A stretch of DNA of 64,000 nt from Acutalibacteraceae bacterium (GTDB lineage Bacteria; Bacillota; Clostridia; Oscillospirales; Acutalibacteraceae), in assembly GCA_045534425.1 (NCBI GenBank), contig JAZSJT010000087.1, positions 1,425-65,424 of the forward strand, given 5' to 3'. The number at the start of each line of letters is the position of its first letter. Within the stretch, counting starts at the first letter, position 1. Both the position numbers and the translations under genes were made by a program. Of the stretch, positions 1 through 7,363 are shown one piece after another. The notes beneath the pieces are model-generated. The model searched no databases and was not told the DNA's origin. It was given only the letters and a program-made list of their open reading frames with translations.

Positions 1-480
1 TGTTATAGCTGCGGTATCAGCCTTAGAGTACGCATAAAGCATTGAAAGATGTCCGCCTGCTGAATGTCCCGTGAGAAGCATTTTATTGATATTGGTGCCG
101 TTTTCGGTGCCCAGCTCTTTAATTTTTGTCACTGCCGCATCAACATCATCAATTATATCCGCCATAGTTACCGTTTCGGATAAATAGCGATAGTTAATGG
201 TTGCGGCGGCAATATTATATTTTTTGCATATATCCTTTGCATCATCTGTGTATGCACTTTTATCTCCGCCTATCCACGCACCGCCGTGAATACAAAGAAC
301 AAGTCCCGTAGTGTCGGCTGTTTCTTTGGGAAGATAAAGATCCAGAACCTGTCTTTCGTGACTGCCGTAGGAAAGGTTTTCATACTTTTGTATTTTGGTA
401 TCAAATAAATTCCCTAAGCCGAAAAAAGTCATAATTCCCATTACTATTGACATAAAAAATGCAACAATTTTATCCCACAT
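1..480 (-). CDS. alpha/beta hydrolase (esterase/lipase-like), truncated by window edge
   Basis: Manual minus-strand translation from ATG 480-478 (GGAGG on the coding strand at 488-492): MWDKIVAFFMSIV... Hydrophobic N-terminus, HGGAW oxyanion motif and GHSAGG nucleophile elbow. The frame stays open to position 1. Confidence 0.7.
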   Translation of the reverse strand, partial: MWDKIVAFFMSIVMGIMTFFGLGNLFDTKIQKYENLSYGSHERQVLDLYLPKETADTTGLVLCIHGGAWIGGDKSAYTDDAKDICKKYNIAAATINYRYLSETVTMADIIDDVDAAVTKIKELGTENGTNINKMLLTGHSAGGHLSMLYAYSKADTAAIT

Positions 481-598
481 AGCTTTACCTCCGTGTTTTC
501 TTGCTTTTATGTTATCACAGATAAATTTTTCAGTCAATATATTGTTTACTTTTTAAAAGTATTGTATAGTATAATAAAAATGTATTCGGAGATAAAAA

Positions 599-1162
599 AT
601 GAAACCGCAAAAGCTTATTGAAATACTTAAAACTGCAGAAAAACTCAAATGTACCACAAGACACTGCGACACAAGTTCAGGCAGACGTGAAAGTGTTGCC
701 GAACACAGCTGGAGACTTTGTCTTATGGCTTTGCTTCTTGAGGATGAATTTTCTGATACTGATATAAATAAAGTGATAAAAATGTGCATAATTCACGACC
801 TCGGAGAAGCCTTTACCGGAGATATTGCAACCTTCAACAAAACAGAGGAACACGGTAAAACGGAAGACGAGTTGTTTAACAGATGGGTGGAGTCCTTTCC
901 CGCTTTTCAGAAAAATCAGTTTTTGGAGCTTCTTTCAGAAATGTCCGCTCTTGAAACAAAAGAAGCCAAGCTTTATAAAGCTCTTGATAAGCTTGAGGCG
1001 GTTATTCAGCATAATGAGAGTGACATTTCCACATGGCTGGAGCTTGAATATGATTTACAGCTGACTTACGGAAATGAAGAGGTTCAGTTTTCAGAGTATC
1101 TTAAAGAACTGAAAGAATATATTGACTGCTGGACCAAAAGAAAAATTGAGGAAGAAAGATAA
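599..1162 (+). CDS. HD-domain phosphohydrolase (YfbR-like 5'-nucleotidase family)
   Basis: ORF track 187 aa. H...HD...D signature (AEHSWR, IIHDLGEAFTGD, KALDKLEA). GGAGA RBS upstream. Confidence 0.7.
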   Translation: MKPQKLIEILKTAEKLKCTTRHCDTSSGRRESVAEHSWRLCLMALLLEDEFSDTDINKVIKMCIIHDLGEAFTGDIATFNKTEEHGKTEDELFNRWVESFPAFQKNQFLELLSEMSALETKEAKLYKALDKLEAVIQHNESDISTWLELEYDLQLTYGNEEVQFSEYLKELKEYIDCWTKRKIEEER

Positions 1163-1226
1163 TTTTTCTTGTTCAAGGCTTATTTTTATGGTATAATACA
1201 AAAACACTGATATGTGGAGGGTAAAT

Positions 1227-1931
1227 ATGAGAGTTGCTGCAATTCTTGCCGGCGGAAGCGGTCTTCGAATGGGAGCATCGGTGCCAAAGCAATACCTTGA
1301 AATAGCGGGTGTGCCCGTGATTATAAGAAGCATCAGTGCCTTTATAAAAAATCCTCTTGTTGATATGTGCATTGTCAGTGTGGGTGAAGATTATATTGAC
1401 TATGTGAAAAAGCTTATCGAAAAATTCATAGTGACCGACAAGGATATTCTTGTGACAGAGGGCGGAAAAAACCGCGGAGATACTCTTTACAGTGTTCTGA
1501 AAGCTATGAGAGAAAAGAATATTCTTGAGGAAAGCACGGTTCTTACACACGATGCCGTGAGACCTTTTATAACCGACAGAATTATTGAGGAAAACATATA
1601 TGCCGCGGAAAAATACGGTGCCTGTAATACCTGTATTCCCGCCGTTGATACCATACTTATAAGCTCCGACGGAGAATTTATTGAAGCTGTTCCCGACAGA
1701 ACCACTGTTTTTCACGCACAGACACCCCAGAGCTTCAATGCAGCAGTGCTCACCGAGCTTATTGAAAATACCCCGAAGGATGTTTTTGATACACTCACGG
1801 ACGGATGCTCCGTGTTTACCTATCACAAAAAAGATGTATATATTGTAAAAGGCGAAAACTATAATATCAAAATAACCTATCCCGACGATATAAAAAGAGC
1901 AGAGGATATAATAAAACAATATTTTAACTGA
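1227..1931 (+). CDS. IspD/TarI-family cytidylyltransferase
   Basis: N-terminal AAILAGGSGLRMG...PKQYL nucleotide-binding motif. Start moved to ATG 1227, behind a GGAGGG RBS. Confidence 0.75.
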   Translation: MRVAAILAGGSGLRMGASVPKQYLEIAGVPVIIRSISAFIKNPLVDMCIVSVGEDYIDYVKKLIEKFIVTDKDILVTEGGKNRGDTLYSVLKAMREKNILEESTVLTHDAVRPFITDRIIEENIYAAEKYGACNTCIPAVDTILISSDGEFIEAVPDRTTVFHAQTPQSFNAAVLTELIENTPKDVFDTLTDGCSVFTYHKKDVYIVKGENYNIKITYPDDIKRAEDIIKQYFN

Positions 1932-1941
1932 ACGGAGAAAA

Positions 1942-3306
1942 ATGATGGCAACATTAACTGTTATCGTAACATCGGTAAACGATGCGGAAAAGCTGAAATA
2001 TACTTTTGAAGGACTTGTTGAACAGTCTACCGAGGAATTTGATGTTATAATCGTTGACCGCGGTTGTGACGATGCTTCAAAAGAAATTATAAAGCACTAT
2101 TGTGATGAATACGTAGGCTTTGAAAGCTTTGAAATTGCCCCCTGCCTTATTCCGCAAGCAAGGAATGCCGGTGTAAAAAAAGCAAAGGGTGAGCTCATTT
2201 ATTTCATTGACGGCGGTGACTATATTGCTCCCGATACAATAGAAAGCATTCTTTCTGCGGCAGAAGAAACAAAAGCCGACATTTTCTCTCCCCGTTTTTA
2301 CAGCTCGGGAGAACATGAGCCTTATTATGATGCGTGGATGGATATGCTTGCAACGGTGCCCGATATCGACCGTTTTGACAGAGCACTTCTCAATACACTT
2401 GATTTTGACGGCAGAGTTTACAGAAAGAAGTTCTTTGACCTGTATTCCGTTGAATTTCCCGCAACTCCTGTTTTCTACAACGCGGCTTTTATTCTCAAAT
2501 GCATTTTCGGCTGCGGTGCATCAGTTTCCGGTGTTGCAGGTGCAATTTATGCAAAAAGAAACGGCATATATAAAGACGGCTTTGTTGATAATTCTGAGCC
2601 TTCCTTGGAGAATATGGAAATTCTTATGTCCGTTTATGAGGAAGCATTTGAAAACATCAAAAGCATAATTGAGGAAGAAACAGGCACCTTTGACGGTGAT
2701 GAATATACCGCCCAGGAAATACTCACTGTTTACTTCACGGAGCTTACAAACAGGTTTTACAGATATTTCTGGTATCTCTCCGACGAGGCTCTTGAAAAGC
2801 TCAGAGATAAATATGAAAGTATTTCAGCTCTTCTTACAAAAGAAAGAAGAGATAAGCTCAATAAAGCCTTCTCTGACCTTCGTTTCCCGCAGATGTATAT
2901 AACAAGAAAGGATGCGGCAGCCTTACCGTTATTCAGTATACTTGCCGACCTTTCGGATGATACGCTGATTGATGAATTTGTAAATTCACTGTTCACACAG
3001 AAATTTCCCTTCTTCGAGCTTTTCATCAAAAACAGTGAAGCACAGTCGCCCGATTTTCCCGAAAAGTGGAAAAACTGTGAGAATATACATATTATTCCCG
3101 ATGAAGGCTTTTATCAGAAGGCAAGAGCCGAGGCACAGGGCATCACAATAAACGTAAAGGATCCCACACCCCTCGATCCCAGAATTCTTTCCGAGCTTTC
3201 TCTGACAAAAGCCCCCAAATCCTTTATTCAGTACATCTTTTCAAGCAAAAGAAAGCAATATTCCGCAAAAACATACCTGAAATCCAAAGGTCTTGCAATG
3301 CAATAA
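1942..3306 (+). CDS. family 2 glycosyltransferase with a long uncharacterised C-terminal region
   Basis: N-terminal GT-A fold signature (VIVTSVND...FDVIIVDRGCDD...IYFIDGGD). About 250 aa at the C-terminus have no motif I recognise. Confidence 0.65.
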   Translation: MMATLTVIVTSVNDAEKLKYTFEGLVEQSTEEFDVIIVDRGCDDASKEIIKHYCDEYVGFESFEIAPCLIPQARNAGVKKAKGELIYFIDGGDYIAPDTIESILSAAEETKADIFSPRFYSSGEHEPYYDAWMDMLATVPDIDRFDRALLNTLDFDGRVYRKKFFDLYSVEFPATPVFYNAAFILKCIFGCGASVSGVAGAIYAKRNGIYKDGFVDNSEPSLENMEILMSVYEEAFENIKSIIEEETGTFDGDEYTAQEILTVYFTELTNRFYRYFWYLSDEALEKLRDKYESISALLTKERRDKLNKAFSDLRFPQMYITRKDAAALPLFSILADLSDDTLIDEFVNSLFTQKFPFFELFIKNSEAQSPDFPEKWKNCENIHIIPDEGFYQKARAEAQGITINVKDPTPLDPRILSELSLTKAPKSFIQYIFSSKRKQYSAKTYLKSKGLAMQ

Positions 3307-3311
3307 AAAAG

Positions 3312-3347
3312 AGCCATAGGTTTACCTTTTTGAGTAAAGCTATGGCT
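3312..3347. terminator. bidirectional intrinsic terminator between the GT2 gene and lexA
   Basis: Arms agccatag (3312-3319) and ctatggct (3340-3347). Preceded by an A-run and followed by a T-rich run. Confidence 0.6.
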
Positions 3348-3359
3348 TTGTGTTTTTTA

Positions 3360-3950
3360 TCAGAAGTGTCTTATAAGCGAAATAACTTTTCCGAGGATTA
3401 TGACTTCATCGGAAATTATGGGCTCGTAGTCATCGTTTTCGGGTTGGAGACGAAAATGTCCGTCTTCCTTATAAAATCTTTTTACCGTTGCTTCATCCTC
3501 AAGTAGGGCTACCACGATTTCACCGTTTGCGGCTGACGGTGTTTTTTCAGCGATTATAATATCTCCGTTGAGAATGCCGCATTTTATCATGCTGTCGCCT
3601 CTGACTTTAAGGGCAAACAAAGGCTTATCGGAATATTCCGTGCCTGAATAGGGGACATAGCCTTCAATTGTTTCAACGGCAAGAATGGGCATACCTGCGG
3701 TTACAGTACCGATAAGAGGCACCTGTGTGAAATTGTTTTCCTGACCTTTCACTCGTATTGAACGCTTGTGCATGGGATTTCTTTCAATGTAACCGGCTTC
3801 TTCGAGTGCATCAAGATTGACCTGCACGGAAGATGTTGATTTAAGCCCCACTGCGGCACAAATTTCTCTTACTGTGGGGGGGACACCGTTCTGTGAGCGT
3901 TCAGCGAGGAATTCGTATATTTTTCTCTGGGTATTATTAAGTTCTTTCAT
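3360..3950 (-). CDS. lexA: LexA repressor
   Basis: Winged-helix N-terminus (PPTVREICAAVGLKSTSSV), a cleavage site and an S24 peptidase C-terminus (GDSM...GDIII). Start set to ATG 3950, behind a GGAGG RBS. Confidence 0.9.
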   Translation of the reverse strand: MKELNNTQRKIYEFLAERSQNGVPPTVREICAAVGLKSTSSVQVNLDALEEAGYIERNPMHKRSIRVKGQENNFTQVPLIGTVTAGMPILAVETIEGYVPYSGTEYSDKPLFALKVRGDSMIKCGILNGDIIIAEKTPSAANGEIVVALLEDEATVKRFYKEDGHFRLQPENDDYEPIISDEVIILGKVISLIRHF

Positions 3951-3989
3951 ATTTTTCCTCCGGGTAAATATTACTTGCAAGGACAGTAT

Positions 3990-4025
3990 AGCACATTTGT
4001 TCAGAAAAAGCAAACATTTGTTTGT
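3990..4025. promoter_or_regulatory. two candidate LexA (SOS/Cheo-type) boxes
   Basis: GCACATTTGTTC (3991-4002) and CAAACATTTGTTTG (4011-4024). Both approximate GAAC-N4-GTTC, share the core ACATTTGTT and sit 20 nt apart in the lexA/M23 divergent region. Confidence 0.45.
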
Positions 4026-4091
4026 AAATTTTTTGATTTTTTTCAGAATATTTTTTCAGTACAGGACAAAACTATTTCCGGAGGTAATAAT

Positions 4092-4832
4092 ATGCTGAAT
4101 GATAACAATAAAAAAAGCTTAAAAAAGATGCTTAAAAGCAATGCTTTATATTTTTCTCTTGGACTTTGTTTTCTTGCCGTGGGTGTTGTGGGTTTCGGAA
4201 TGAGCAGCAAAACTCCGTCGGCAGTGAGTGAAGTCACTACAAACAAATATGAATATGTGACTCAGGGCGAAAAGACCACGCAAAAGGAAAAAGAAAATTA
4301 TGAAATCAAAATAAATATTGATGAATTCACAACGCTTCCTTTTGAAGAGCCCTCAACTGCAGCAGTGTTTGACAACAGTGCATCCGAAATCAATACTGAA
4401 AATGAAGAAAGGTCTGTAGTCTTCTCCGTACCCTTGTCTTCGGGTATGGGAAAGGATTACAGCATGGGTATTCCCGTTTTTTCAGAAACCATGAACGATT
4501 ACAGAACCCATAACGGTGTTGATTTTTTCGGAGTAAAAGGGGAGAGCGTGAAAACAGTTGCCGAGGGGACTGTTGTTTCTGTAGAAAAGGATGCTTTATG
4601 GGGAAATAAGGTGTTTGTCGATCACGGAAACGGTATCACCTCCTGCATTGCGGGACTTGCCGATGAAGCACTTATAGGTGTAGGGGCAAAGGTTTACAGT
4701 GATACGGTAATAGGTGTTGTGGGCGAAATTCCCGTGGAAAAAACGGACAATTCTCATATTCATCTTGAAATAAGAGAAAACGGAAAGCTTGTTGATCCCG
4801 TGGAAAAGCTTGGTCTTGAAGGCACAGAATAA
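4092..4832 (+). CDS. membrane-anchored M23 (LytM-type) peptidase domain protein
   Basis: N-terminal TM (ALYFSLGLCFLAVGVVGFG). C-terminal M23 motifs HNGVDF...VDHGNG...HIHLEI. Start ATG 4092, behind GGAGG. Confidence 0.8.
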   Translation: MLNDNNKKSLKKMLKSNALYFSLGLCFLAVGVVGFGMSSKTPSAVSEVTTNKYEYVTQGEKTTQKEKENYEIKINIDEFTTLPFEEPSTAAVFDNSASEINTENEERSVVFSVPLSSGMGKDYSMGIPVFSETMNDYRTHNGVDFFGVKGESVKTVAEGTVVSVEKDALWGNKVFVDHGNGITSCIAGLADEALIGVGAKVYSDTVIGVVGEIPVEKTDNSHIHLEIRENGKLVDPVEKLGLEGTE

Positions 4833-4838
4833 TGAAAA

Positions 4839-4868
4839 GCCTGAGTTTGATTGCTCAGGCCTTTTTTC
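4839..4868. terminator. bidirectional intrinsic terminator
   Basis: Hairpin gcctgag...ctcaggc (4839-4860) followed by a T-run. It lies between convergent genes. Confidence 0.65.
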
Positions 4869-5818
4869 TATGCTTTTTTCTTTATTATAAACTTGATTTT
4901 TTCTTCAATTTTATCACTGAACTGTGAAATTATTATTGCACTGAACATAATCACACAGCCGATAATTTCATTTGCTGTAAGCATTTTCTGCAGCATCAGT
5001 GCGGAGCAGATAACTCCGAAAACGGATTCGAGGCACATAATGATTGAAGCCACCGTGGATTCCGTATATTTCTGTCCGACAATCTGGAAGGTATAAGCAA
5101 GTCCGCAGCTCATTACACCCGAATATAAAAGGGGCAGAATACTCTGATGTATTGCCGGAATTGTGGGTGTTTCGGTAATAAGCATAATTATACAGGTGAG
5201 TGTACCCGATACAACAAACTGTGTAAAGGAAAGCTTGACCGCATCGGAGTCTGCGGCAAATTTTTCAATGACGAGAATATGCACTGCATAGCATAATGCA
5301 CATGCAAGTGTAAACATATCGCTTTTTGTGACTGCGGAAAAACCGACACCCCGGACGCAGAGAAAATAAAGTCCCAATGTTCCGAGAGCCACACAAAGCC
5401 ACATAACGGGGGATATACGCTTTTTGAAAAAAAGACCTATAAGCGGAACAAAGAACATATAAAAGGCCGTAATAAAGGCAATTTTACCCGGAGAATGGTC
5501 GGGATAAGTGAAGGCATATTGCTGAAGATTGCTTGCAAAGCAAAGAGCAATACCCATAACCGTGCCGCCAATAAGAATTTTTTTTGTTTCTTTTTTTATT
5601 TTGTTTTTTTCCTGTTTTCCGTTTTTTCTTATACTTATAAAATCTTTAATAAGAATTATGGGCAGAAGTGTTGCCGCACCGAAAAGTGTTCTTATGCCGT
5701 TAAAGGTAAAGGCTTCCACTGTTTCCATTCCGACAGACTGTGAAACAAAGGATGAGCCCCATATAAAAGCCGTTAAAAAGAGTATAAGAACACCCTTTAG
5801 CTGTGATGATTTTTTCAT
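4868..5818 (-). CDS. EamA/DMT-family transporter
   Basis: 316 aa with about ten hydrophobic helices. N-terminus LFLTAFIWGSSFV is typical of EamA repeats. Confidence 0.75.
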   Translation of the reverse strand: MKKSSQLKGVLILFLTAFIWGSSFVSQSVGMETVEAFTFNGIRTLFGAATLLPIILIKDFISIRKNGKQEKNKIKKETKKILIGGTVMGIALCFASNLQQYAFTYPDHSPGKIAFITAFYMFFVPLIGLFFKKRISPVMWLCVALGTLGLYFLCVRGVGFSAVTKSDMFTLACALCYAVHILVIEKFAADSDAVKLSFTQFVVSGTLTCIIMLITETPTIPAIHQSILPLLYSGVMSCGLAYTFQIVGQKYTESTVASIIMCLESVFGVICSALMLQKMLTANEIIGCVIMFSAIIISQFSDKIEEKIKFIIKKKA

Positions 5819-5880
5819 GTCTTTATCCTCTTGATATTTTAATTACCAAAGAGAAAGATTATCACATTAAGGGTGTTCTG

Positions 5881-6534
5881 TCAAGCAAGGAGTTTTCTTA
5901 ATTTCAGAAGAATTGCTTTTTCTTTTCTTGAAACCTGAACCTGGGAAAGACCGAGCTTTTCTGCCGTAACGGTTTGTGTGAGTCCGCCGTAATAACGAAG
6001 CTCAATAAGCTTTTTTTCACTGTCGTTAAGGCTTTGAAGTGCATTGTCCAGGTCAAGCCTTTTGGTAATGTATTCCTCATGAGAGCTAACGGGAATATCC
6101 GTCTGACTTTCGTCTTCTTCGGCAGTAAGAGAAATTACGGGAAGACACGCAGACAGTAAAGAAGCGGCTTCGCTGATATCTATTCCTGCTTTTTCGGCTA
6201 TTTGCGAAACTGACGGCTCTTTTCCCAACTGTACCGAAAGCTGTTCCTTGATTTCAAAAAGCTGTCTTGCCTTTTCTTTGGCGGCTCTTCCTATTTTTAC
6301 TGTGCCGCCGTCACGGAAAATTCTTTTGATTTCACCTAAAATTGCAGGTACGGCATAGGTGGAAAAGCGAAATCCGAGATCGGGATTAAAGCCTTGTGCG
6401 GCTTTTATAAGTCCCACGCATCCTGCCTGAAATAAGTCATCATAATCAACACCCCTGCCGCGGAAACGGTTCGCACAGGAGTGGACGAGACCGAGATTAT
6501 CAGTCACAAGAGTATTTTCTGTTTTTTTCGGCAT
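5881..6534 (-). CDS. sigF: sporulation sigma factor SigF
   Basis: Sigma-70 regions 2-4 (DDLFQAGCVGLIKA, YAVPAILGEIKR, C-terminal HTH). Third gene after spoIIAA and spoIIAB, with ATGA start/stop overlap. Confidence 0.88.
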   Translation of the reverse strand: MPKKTENTLVTDNLGLVHSCANRFRGRGVDYDDLFQAGCVGLIKAAQGFNPDLGFRFSTYAVPAILGEIKRIFRDGGTVKIGRAAKEKARQLFEIKEQLSVQLGKEPSVSQIAEKAGIDISEAASLLSACLPVISLTAEEDESQTDIPVSSHEEYITKRLDLDNALQSLNDSEKKLIELRYYGGLTQTVTAEKLGLSQVQVSRKEKAILLKLRKLLA

Positions 6535-6980
6535 TATTCACACTTTCCCGATATCTTTTTTGTCAGTGTGACAACGGTGCCTTTGCCTACGGTTGATTTG
6601 ACCTGTACCTTGTCGGTGAAGCTTTCCATAACAGTAAAGCCAAGTCCCGAACGGTCGTCACCCGCAGTGGTATAAAGGGGCTCCATTGCCTTTTTGACAT
6701 CAGCGATACCGCAGCCCTTGTCCCGGATTCTGATTTTTACGGTATAATCGGAAAAAAGAGCGGCATCTATGTAAATTCTGCCTTGCTTTTCTTTATAGCC
6801 GTGCACTATTGCATTGGTGACGGCTTCGCTGACGGCGGTTTTTATGTCGCTTATTTCTTCAACCGTCGGATCGCAAAGACCGCTGAAGGCGGCACAGACA
6901 GTGCGAAGAAAACTTTCATTTATTGATTTTGACGGCATATTTATCTTAAAGTCATTAATAGGTTTTTTCATATTTATCAC
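6534..6980 (-). CDS. spoIIAB: anti-sigma F factor SpoIIAB (Ser kinase)
   Basis: HATPase N-box EAVTNAIVHG and G-box DKGCGI. Conserved position in the operon. Confidence 0.88.
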   Translation of the reverse strand: MINMKKPINDFKINMPSKSINESFLRTVCAAFSGLCDPTVEEISDIKTAVSEAVTNAIVHGYKEKQGRIYIDAALFSDYTVKIRIRDKGCGIADVKKAMEPLYTTAGDDRSGLGFTVMESFTDKVQVKSTVGKGTVVTLTKKISGKCE

Positions 6981-7276
6981 CTGAATTCAATTCTGTTTTC
7001 CATTCCCGAAAGCATAAGAATTTTTTTGTCTCTCGGTTTTAGGCCCGAAACTGCAACCGAGCAGCCCGAAGAAGAAGCGAGCTTATATCTTCCTATCACA
7101 AAGCCCACTCCCGATGAATCCATAAAAGAAACATCGGAGAAGTCAAGAATAAGCTCCTTGGGAGCCTCCCTTATTATTGCCGTGTCCGTTTTTTCTCTCA
7201 AAGAAAAAGCGTTGTGATGGTCAATTTCTCCCGAAAGAAAAACGGTCATTGTTTTATTATTTGTTTCTATTTTCAT
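6977..7276 (-). CDS. spoIIAA: anti-sigma F factor antagonist SpoIIAA (STAS)
   Basis: STAS domain carrying the phosphorylatable motif DFSDVSFMDSSGVG. Start set to ATG 7276, behind GGGTGG. Confidence 0.85.
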   Translation of the reverse strand: MKIETNNKTMTVFLSGEIDHHNAFSLREKTDTAIIREAPKELILDFSDVSFMDSSGVGFVIGRYKLASSSGCSVAVSGLKPRDKKILMLSGMENRIEFR

Positions 7277-7291
7277 TAAAACCACCCTATG

Positions 7292-7324
7292 AAAAAAGTT
7301 CCGCTACCTATATGATAGCGGAAC
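7292..7324 (-). terminator. intrinsic terminator downstream of the large glycosidase-like gene
   Basis: Arms gttccgcta (7298-7306) and tagcggaac (7316-7324). The A-run at 7292-7297 is the U-run on the minus strand. Confidence 0.7.
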
Positions 7325-7363
7325 TTCCGTAAGAAACTTGTCTTATTTTGTTTTCTGTTCAAA

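Noticed and set aside
1173-1919. 248-aa ORF antisense to the cytidylyltransferase gene
   Set aside because: It fully overlaps a gene with clear family motifs on the other strand. The antisense product is low-complexity and has no RBS.
3975-4091. Longer N-terminal extensions of the M23 ORF (from 3975) and of lexA (to 4013)
   Set aside because: The extensions would overlap each other and the operator region. Internal ATGs at 4092 and 3950 each have a GGAGG RBS and give canonical N-termini.
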